From: Candidatus Acidiferrum sp.
GTDB lineage: Bacteria > Methylomirabilota > Methylomirabilia > Rokubacteriales > CSP1-6
DNA: 64,000 bases
Reading direction: 5' to 3'
Assembly: GCA_035635775.1 (NCBI GenBank)
Contig: DASQAL010000008.1
Coordinates: forward strand, 158 to 64,157
The position numbers were made by a program, and so were the translations under genes. The notes under the pieces were generated by a model, which saw only the letters and a list, made by a program, of their open reading frames with translations, made no database searches and was not told where the DNA came from. This document shows, in pieces, positions 59,239 to 64,000 of the stretch (position 1 is the first letter of the stretch; every line of letters starts with the position of its first letter).

Positions 59239-59960
59239 GATTTGCGTGCCGCGGCCACGAGCGCGGAGAAGAGGCGCCGGGCCGGCTCCGAATGGCCCAC
59301 TAGCTCCTCCGGATGCCACTGCACGCCGAGCACGAAGCGCGCGGGATCGTCGATCTCCGCGCCCTCGACGAGCTGATCGGGCCCCCACGCCACCGCGGTG
59401 AGCCCGCGGCCGAGGCGGTGGATCGCCTGGTGATGCATGCTGTTGACCTCGAGTTCGTCGGCGCCCAGGATTTCGGCCAGCCGGCTGCCCGGCGTGACTT
59501 TCACCTTGTGGGTGGGCTGATCCCGCGGCTCCTTCTGGCTGTGCGGGATCTGGGTGCCGGGCTCGGTGGCCACGTCCTGGTAGAGGGTGCCGCCGAGCGC
59601 CACGTTCAGCACCTGGATGCCGCGGCACACCGCGAGCACGGGCACGCCGCGCCCGAGCGCCAGGTTCAGCACCGACGTCTCCAGCGTGTCGCGCGACGGG
59701 GCGACGTCGTACAACGTGGCATGCGGCGCCTGGCCGAAGAGGGCCGGATCCACGTCGCCGCCGCCGGTGAGCAGGAGCCCGTGGAGCTCCGCGCCGAGCC
59801 GCTGGAGCGACGCCGCGGAGAGCTGCGGCGGCAACGGCACCGGGACACCGCCGGCCTGTTGCACCGCGTGCAGGTAGGCGGAATTCACGTAGGCGCGCTC
59901 GGGACTTGCGCCGACGGTGATGGAGGTGCTGACGCCGATCAGGGGCGCGCGCCGACTCAT
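59235..59960 (-). CDS. Class I glutamine amidotransferase, peptidase C26 (gamma-glutamyl-GABA hydrolase/PuuD-like)
   Basis: ..LLLTGGGDVDP.., ..VLAVCRGIQVLNVALGG.. (nucleophile Cys), ..GVQWHPE... Confidence 0.85.
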   Translation of the reverse strand: MSRRAPLIGVSTSITVGASPERAYVNSAYLHAVQQAGGVPVPLPPQLSAASLQRLGAELHGLLLTGGGDVDPALFGQAPHATLYDVAPSRDTLETSVLNLALGRGVPVLAVCRGIQVLNVALGGTLYQDVATEPGTQIPHSQKEPRDQPTHKVKVTPGSRLAEILGADELEVNSMHHQAIHRLGRGLTAVAWGPDQLVEGAEIDDPARFVLGVQWHPEELVGHSEPARRLFSALVAAARKS

Positions 59961-59983
59961 GGCGCCATGCTACCATACCGGCC

Positions 59984-61753
59984 ATGACACTCGACTCCGC
60001 GCAGTACCAGCGTAGCGCTGCGCCCGCGGGCTCGGGCCCGATGACGCAGGTGATGGGGCGAAAGTGGATGGTGGCGGCCGGGCATCCGCTCGCGGCGCAG
60101 GCGGCCGCGCGCGTGCTGGCCGAGGGCGGCAACGCGATCGACGCCGGAGTAGCCGCCGGCTTCATGTTGGGTGTCGTCCATCCCGACATGGTGAGCTTCG
60201 CGGGCGTGGCGCCGATCCTGGTGCACCTGGCCTCGACCGGCGAGACCTTCGAGGTCTCCGGCGTCGGGCCCTATCCGCGCCGTGTGAGCGCCGACCTCTT
60301 CCGCACCAAGCACGGCGGCGAGATCCCGATCGGCTTGCTGCGCACGGTGGTGCCCGCCTCGCCCGACGCCTGGTGCGTCGCGCTCGAGCGCTGGGGCACG
60401 CGGTCGTTCACCGACTCGGTGTCGGCGGCGCTGGAGTGCGCGGAGCACGGCTTCCCGACCTCGGCCTTCTCGGCCTCGATCATGGCCAACAACGCCGAGC
60501 GCTACACGCGCTTCCCCACCTCCGCCAAGATCTTCCTGCCGGGCGGCAAGCCACACGCGGCCGGCCAGCTCTTCGTGCAGTCGGAGCTGGCCGCGACGAT
60601 CAAGGAGATGGTCGCCGCCGAGATCCGCTCGCGCAGCCGCGGCCGCGCCGGTGCCATCCGCGCGGCGCGCGACGCTTTCTACAAAGGCGATATCGCCAAG
60701 CGCATCGTGGACTACCACGCGCGTGAGGGCGGGCTCATGGCGCTGGAGGACCTGGCCGAGTTCCAGGCCGAGGTCGCGCCCGCGCTCAAGACCACCTTCC
60801 ATGACTATGAGGTCGCGGCCTGCGGCTTCTGGTGCCAGGGGCCGGTGTTCTTGCAGATGCTGAACCTGATCGAGCCCTACGACTGGCCCGCGCTCGGCCA
60901 CAACACGCCGCGCGCGCTGCACCTCCTGGTGGAGGCCATGAAGCTCGCCTTCGCCGACCGCGAGGCCTACTACGGCGATCCGCGCTTCGTGAAGGTGCCG
61001 GCCGAGGCGCTGCTCTCGAAGGCTTACGCCGACCTGCGCCGCGGCCTGATCCGCGAGGACCGCGCCTGGCCCGACATGCCGCCGCCGGGCGACCCGGAGG
61101 GCAAGGCCGCGGTGCGCAACGGGCACGGCATCGCGTCCAAGGTGGGCGCGCCCTCGCACGCGGGCACGCTCGATACCTCCTACGTCTCCGTGATCGACGC
61201 GGACGGCAATGCCTTCTCGGCCACGCCGAGCGACCCGGGCGGGGTGGACTCGCCGGTGATCCCGGGCGTGGGCTGCGTGGTCTCGCCGCGCGGCTCGCAG
61301 GGCTGGCTCGAGCCCGGCCACGCCAGCGAAGTGGCGGGCGGCAAGCGGCCGCGACTCACGCCCGCGCCGTCTTTGGTGCTGCGCGACGGGCGCGCCTTCA
61401 TGGCCTTCGGGACCCCGGGCGGCGACGTGCAGCAGCAGGCGATGCTCCAGGTGCTGCTCAACATTGTCGCCTACGGCATGGCGCCCCAGCAGGCGGTGGA
61501 CGCCCCGCGGCTGGCCACGCGCAGCTTCCCCGATTCCTTCTGGCCCCACACCAACTCGCCGGGTCGTCTCGACGTCGAGGCCCGCATCGCCCCCGAGACC
61601 CGCGCGGCGCTGGCGAAGCTGGGCCACGTCATCACCGACTGGCCCGACTACGACTGGCGCGCGGGCGCGGTCTGCGCCTCGGTGGTGGGCAAGGGCGGCG
61701 TGCGCCTGGGCGGAGCCGACCCACGCCGCGGCGCGCACGCCATCGGCTGGTAG
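59984..61753 (+). CDS. ggt: Gamma-glutamyltransferase family protein
   Basis: 589 aa. ..HAGTLDTSYVSVIDADGNAFS.. (autoprocessing Thr region), ..GKRPRLTPAP.., ..FGTPGGD... Confidence 0.85.
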   Translation: MTLDSAQYQRSAAPAGSGPMTQVMGRKWMVAAGHPLAAQAAARVLAEGGNAIDAGVAAGFMLGVVHPDMVSFAGVAPILVHLASTGETFEVSGVGPYPRRVSADLFRTKHGGEIPIGLLRTVVPASPDAWCVALERWGTRSFTDSVSAALECAEHGFPTSAFSASIMANNAERYTRFPTSAKIFLPGGKPHAAGQLFVQSELAATIKEMVAAEIRSRSRGRAGAIRAARDAFYKGDIAKRIVDYHAREGGLMALEDLAEFQAEVAPALKTTFHDYEVAACGFWCQGPVFLQMLNLIEPYDWPALGHNTPRALHLLVEAMKLAFADREAYYGDPRFVKVPAEALLSKAYADLRRGLIREDRAWPDMPPPGDPEGKAAVRNGHGIASKVGAPSHAGTLDTSYVSVIDADGNAFSATPSDPGGVDSPVIPGVGCVVSPRGSQGWLEPGHASEVAGGKRPRLTPAPSLVLRDGRAFMAFGTPGGDVQQQAMLQVLLNIVAYGMAPQQAVDAPRLATRSFPDSFWPHTNSPGRLDVEARIAPETRAALAKLGHVITDWPDYDWRAGAVCASVVGKGGVRLGGADPRRGAHAIGW

Positions 61754-62493
61754 CCGGCGCGCGACTGCGCCCGCTGTCCCGTCGCCGCTTCACGCTCGTA
61801 GCCCTGCTCGCGCTCTGCGCGCTCCTCGGCGGTGCCGGTCTGATCGTCGCGCAGCCGACTCTGCAGCTCCCGCCGCAGCTCCCCGCGAAGGACCGCCAGA
61901 ACTTCGAGCAGATCGTCAAGCAGGCCTTCGCCTCCACCCGGATGGAGTTCGAGCCCTATGTCGTCCGTCCCGAGATCTTCGAGTACCTGCTCGATCACCC
62001 GGAGTTCGCGAGCCACGTCACCCGCGCGCTGAAGGTCGCCCGCTACAAGATCTGGCGTGACGCCGGCTCGCTCTGGCTGGACGACGGCTGGGGCGTGAAG
62101 GGAGCATTCACCCTCGCGCACGCCGAGCCGGGCCTGCGCCTCATGCACGCCCAGGGCGCGTACCAGTCGGCCCTGCCTGACATCAAGGGCCGCGCGGTCG
62201 TGGCGCTCGCCTACAAGTTCCAGCCCGCCCCGCAGGGCCGCCAGCAGGTGGCCACCGCGCTCACCTCGTTCGTGCAGATCGACAGCGCGGTCCTCCGCGC
62301 CATCGGCCGCATGGGCGGCTCGCTCGTGCAGAAGAAAGCGGACCGCGAGGCCCGCCAGCTCCTGCGCGTGTTCTCCAAGGTGAGCCGGGCGATCGAGGAC
62401 AACCCCGCCGACGTCTACGCGCGGGTGCGCGAGCGGCCGGACGTGTCGAAGCAGGAGCTGGAGGAGTTCCGGAAGCTGCTGGGCGTGCCGTGA
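61747..62493 (+). CDS. Hypothetical secreted protein
   Basis: The frame carries a signal-peptide-like ..RLRPLSRRRFTLVALLALCALLGGAGLIVAQP followed by about 210 aa with host-like codon usage. No ATG, GTG or TTG lies near the N-terminus. Candidates are CTG 61747 or GTA 61750, which overlaps the ggt TAG. No family recognised. Confidence 0.55.
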   Translation: MVAGARLRPLSRRRFTLVALLALCALLGGAGLIVAQPTLQLPPQLPAKDRQNFEQIVKQAFASTRMEFEPYVVRPEIFEYLLDHPEFASHVTRALKVARYKIWRDAGSLWLDDGWGVKGAFTLAHAEPGLRLMHAQGAYQSALPDIKGRAVVALAYKFQPAPQGRQQVATALTSFVQIDSAVLRAIGRMGGSLVQKKADREARQLLRVFSKVSRAIEDNPADVYARVRERPDVSKQELEEFRKLLGVP

Positions 62494-62662
62494 CGGGCGC
62501 GCCGCTCAATGGGTAAGGACATCGTTTGCCTTGACTCATTCCCGCTAGACATCCAGGATCTTCGGAATGTCGAATATGCAGGTCCGTGTATTCCCGACGA
62601 TGGATCAAGGTCCTGGCTGACAATTCTAAAGGAGTTAGGCGATTGCCTGCAGGAGGTGAGTT

Positions 62663-63085
62663 ATGAAGAGCGGGAATTCCGTGAACTTACTGTGTCTCGG
62701 AATTGTCATTCCACTTCTCCTTTTGTCAGGCTGTGCAACGACCAAAGGGAAGGTCTCCGACGGGAGTTACCACGCCCCGCTCGGAAATTTCGTGCTGCCA
62801 GTTGACCGCGGGAACATACGGATTCAGGACAAGAACGATGCTCGAAGTGGAATGGTCTCCGTTCTTGACGATATGGGAAACAACGAAGGCATCACTTACG
62901 TGAGTCTCCCTGCAAACGCTGAAGCTGTTCACAATGATCCGGCAAAAATGGATTCCGCATACCGCGGTTTCGTGCACGACTACGCGCTGCCCGCTCTCTT
63001 CCGGCCGGTATCTGCGCAGTCCAAAATCGTGCATGAAGAATTCCTCGGCTCGGGCTGGATCGAGCTTTCTTCGCGGTTGCCGTGA
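62663..63085 (+). CDS. Lipoprotein of unknown function (in low-GC region)
   Basis: RBS AGGAGG 6 nt upstream of the ATG. MKSGNSVNLLCLGIVIPLLLLSGC has a lipobox (LLSGC). 140 aa. Confidence 0.7.
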   Translation: MKSGNSVNLLCLGIVIPLLLLSGCATTKGKVSDGSYHAPLGNFVLPVDRGNIRIQDKNDARSGMVSVLDDMGNNEGITYVSLPANAEAVHNDPAKMDSAYRGFVHDYALPALFRPVSAQSKIVHEEFLGSGWIELSSRLP

Positions 63086-63303
63086 TCCCGGAGGCTTCGT
63101 CTGTAATGGACGGTAAAACGGGGAAGAGGCGGGATTCGGTTAGGGCGCTCCTGGTCTTTGACAAGAACAAGTTCATGTATATGCTGCATTCCGAAATCAA
63201 CACGGTATTCGATCCAGTCAACGCTGCCTCATTGACGAAGAGCGATCTGGGGGCAGCCCGTAGCAAGATGCTGCGTATGCGCGGGTCTGTTCGTTTTCAA
63301 TGA
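63082..63303 (+). CDS. Small ORF coupled to, or frameshifted continuation of, the lipoprotein gene
   Basis: GTG overlaps the lipoprotein stop (GTGA). This frame is already open from 63037 and reads ..RAFFAVAVIPEASSVMDGKTGKRRDSVRALLVFDKNKFMYMLHSE.. This suggests a single gene split near the ctttctt run. Confidence 0.4.
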   Translation: MIPEASSVMDGKTGKRRDSVRALLVFDKNKFMYMLHSEINTVFDPVNAASLTKSDLGAARSKMLRMRGSVRFQ

Positions 63304-63405
63304 AGAGTGTTCCATCGCCTAACCAGCGGTTCGGGGCGGACGCGCGCAACGACGGCGCGCGCCGCTCAGCCGCACGTTAGTCCGCAATATGGCCGAGGGG
63401 CCTGC

Positions 63406-64000
63406 GTGAGCACAGTTGAGCTGGTTCTGAAGGAAGGTCCGGTGGTGATTCCATCGCTTGCTGGTATGGGCGTGGATCGAACGTATCCCTTGTGGAACAA
63501 TATCTCAGCGTCAGAGTCATTCCCCCCGCAGGTCAAATCGGCCTTCTATATCCTTTCCGTCACAAACTCCGTCGACGAGCCGGACGAGGTTGCTGAGGTG
63601 GAGGTCGAGCTCATTTACGCTCTCAAGCTCCTCGCGACCGCCTGGCCATTTTCCGGCGGTTCATTCATGATCCTAGACTCTCGCGAAGTGCTCGCATCAC
63701 CACGGTTCGCCGGCAATGCCGAACGCGTCCGCGCCGAGCTCCTTGCCGCTACTGGCAGACAACTCGTGAGCCGTTCGTTTGCTATGCCCGTTGAGTGTAG
63801 TGCGACTTACCATCACCCGCCGCTTGAGTTCGCATCAGCCATTGCCACGGCTGCCAAGAGTCACCTCGGCTTGCGTCGGCTGCTGGCATATCAGCAAGCG
63901 GCATGGGTCGGATACTACGGCCGGGCCCGAAGCGACCCCACCTCGTGGTTCGTCGACCTGTACAAGATTCGTGATCTGCTGAAGAAGCTGTACGGCGGCG
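63406..64000 (+). CDS. Hypothetical protein, 3' end outside window
   Basis: Translated by hand. The frame is open from 63304 to the window end, so it is not in the track. Candidate starts are GTG 63406 or GTG 63307. Sequence is VSTVELVLKEGPVVIPSLAGMGVDRTYPLWNN..EVELIYALKLLATAWPFSGGSFMILDSREVLASPRFAGNAERVRAELL..WFVDLYKIRDLLKKLYGG. No family recognised. Confidence 0.5.
   Translation, partial: MSTVELVLKEGPVVIPSLAGMGVDRTYPLWNNISASESFPPQVKSAFYILSVTNSVDEPDEVAEVEVELIYALKLLATAWPFSGGSFMILDSREVLASPRFAGNAERVRAELLAATGRQLVSRSFAMPVECSATYHHPPLEFASAIATAAKSHLGLRRLLAYQQAAWVGYYGRARSDPTSWFVDLYKIRDLLKKLYGG

Noticed and set aside
62494-62662. tRNA gene or tRNA-fragment attachment site at the island boundary
   Set aside because: I looked for a T-arm (GGTTCGAATCC-like), an acceptor stem or a cloverleaf on either strand and found none. 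The segment ggatcaaggtcc does not form a T-arm.

Overview
Gene-dense bacterial chromosomal segment with high GC (44 of 60 bases counted in one typical stretch). I did not recognise any rRNA, tRNA, CRISPR array or transposase. I cannot assign a taxon from sequence alone.

Gene content, left to right:
- 1-1758: 3'-truncated class III cyclase-TPR gene.
- 1786-3113: a decay zone holding a frameshifted, deleted paralog of the amidohydrolase at 9504 and a 3' remnant of a Zn-alcohol dehydrogenase.
- 3100-5978: a Lys-tailed unknown protein followed by an M36/M4-like metalloprotease.
- 6068-14944: a same-strand signalling block. It runs DUF4390-like, NtrY-like kinase, sigma-54 activator, amidohydrolase, then a zinc-ribbon/cyclase/AAA/TPR giant.
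- 15046-24573: lpxC, then a Bacillus-like string lepA-lepB-hemW-hrcA-grpE-dnaJ-prmA-rsmE-archease with no dnaK.
- 24881-29289: a UDP-sugar operon (ugd, uxs, epimerase, Trm112-like, NDP-sugar pyrophosphorylase).
- 29365-36235: a complete caa3-type cytochrome oxidase cluster with ctaA, ctaB and ctaG.
- 36326-52517: an M20 amidohydrolase, then a CoA-thioester/aromatic-acid style cluster. It contains two acyl-CoA dehydrogenases, a hybrid kinase, Nudix, a benzoate-CoA-ligase-like enzyme, a 4HBT thioesterase, a LigB-type dioxygenase, a Liv-type ABC transporter and a TRAP transporter.
- 52620-62493: hydrolases, an ECF sigma/anti-sigma pair divergent from a cupredoxin plus Tat-metallophosphoesterase operon, a CPBP protease, a C26 amidotransferase, a GGT and a secreted unknown.
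- 62494-64000: an abrupt drop in GC (28 of 60 and 34 of 60 counted) with unknown genes running off the window.

Most notable observations:
- Five gene junctions carry a near-cognate codon (GTA x3, ATA, CTG) in the same 4-nt stop/start overlap geometry that 13 other junctions use with ATGA or GTGA.
- Matched divergent GGAAC-N16-CGTT promoter motifs sit in the ECF locus.
- A 46-nt hairpin repeat occurs twice.
- Two intergenic hairpin elements of roughly 115-120 nt are present.
- An amidohydrolase paralog has decayed next to a second cyclase gene.
- A low-GC island begins at the right edge.
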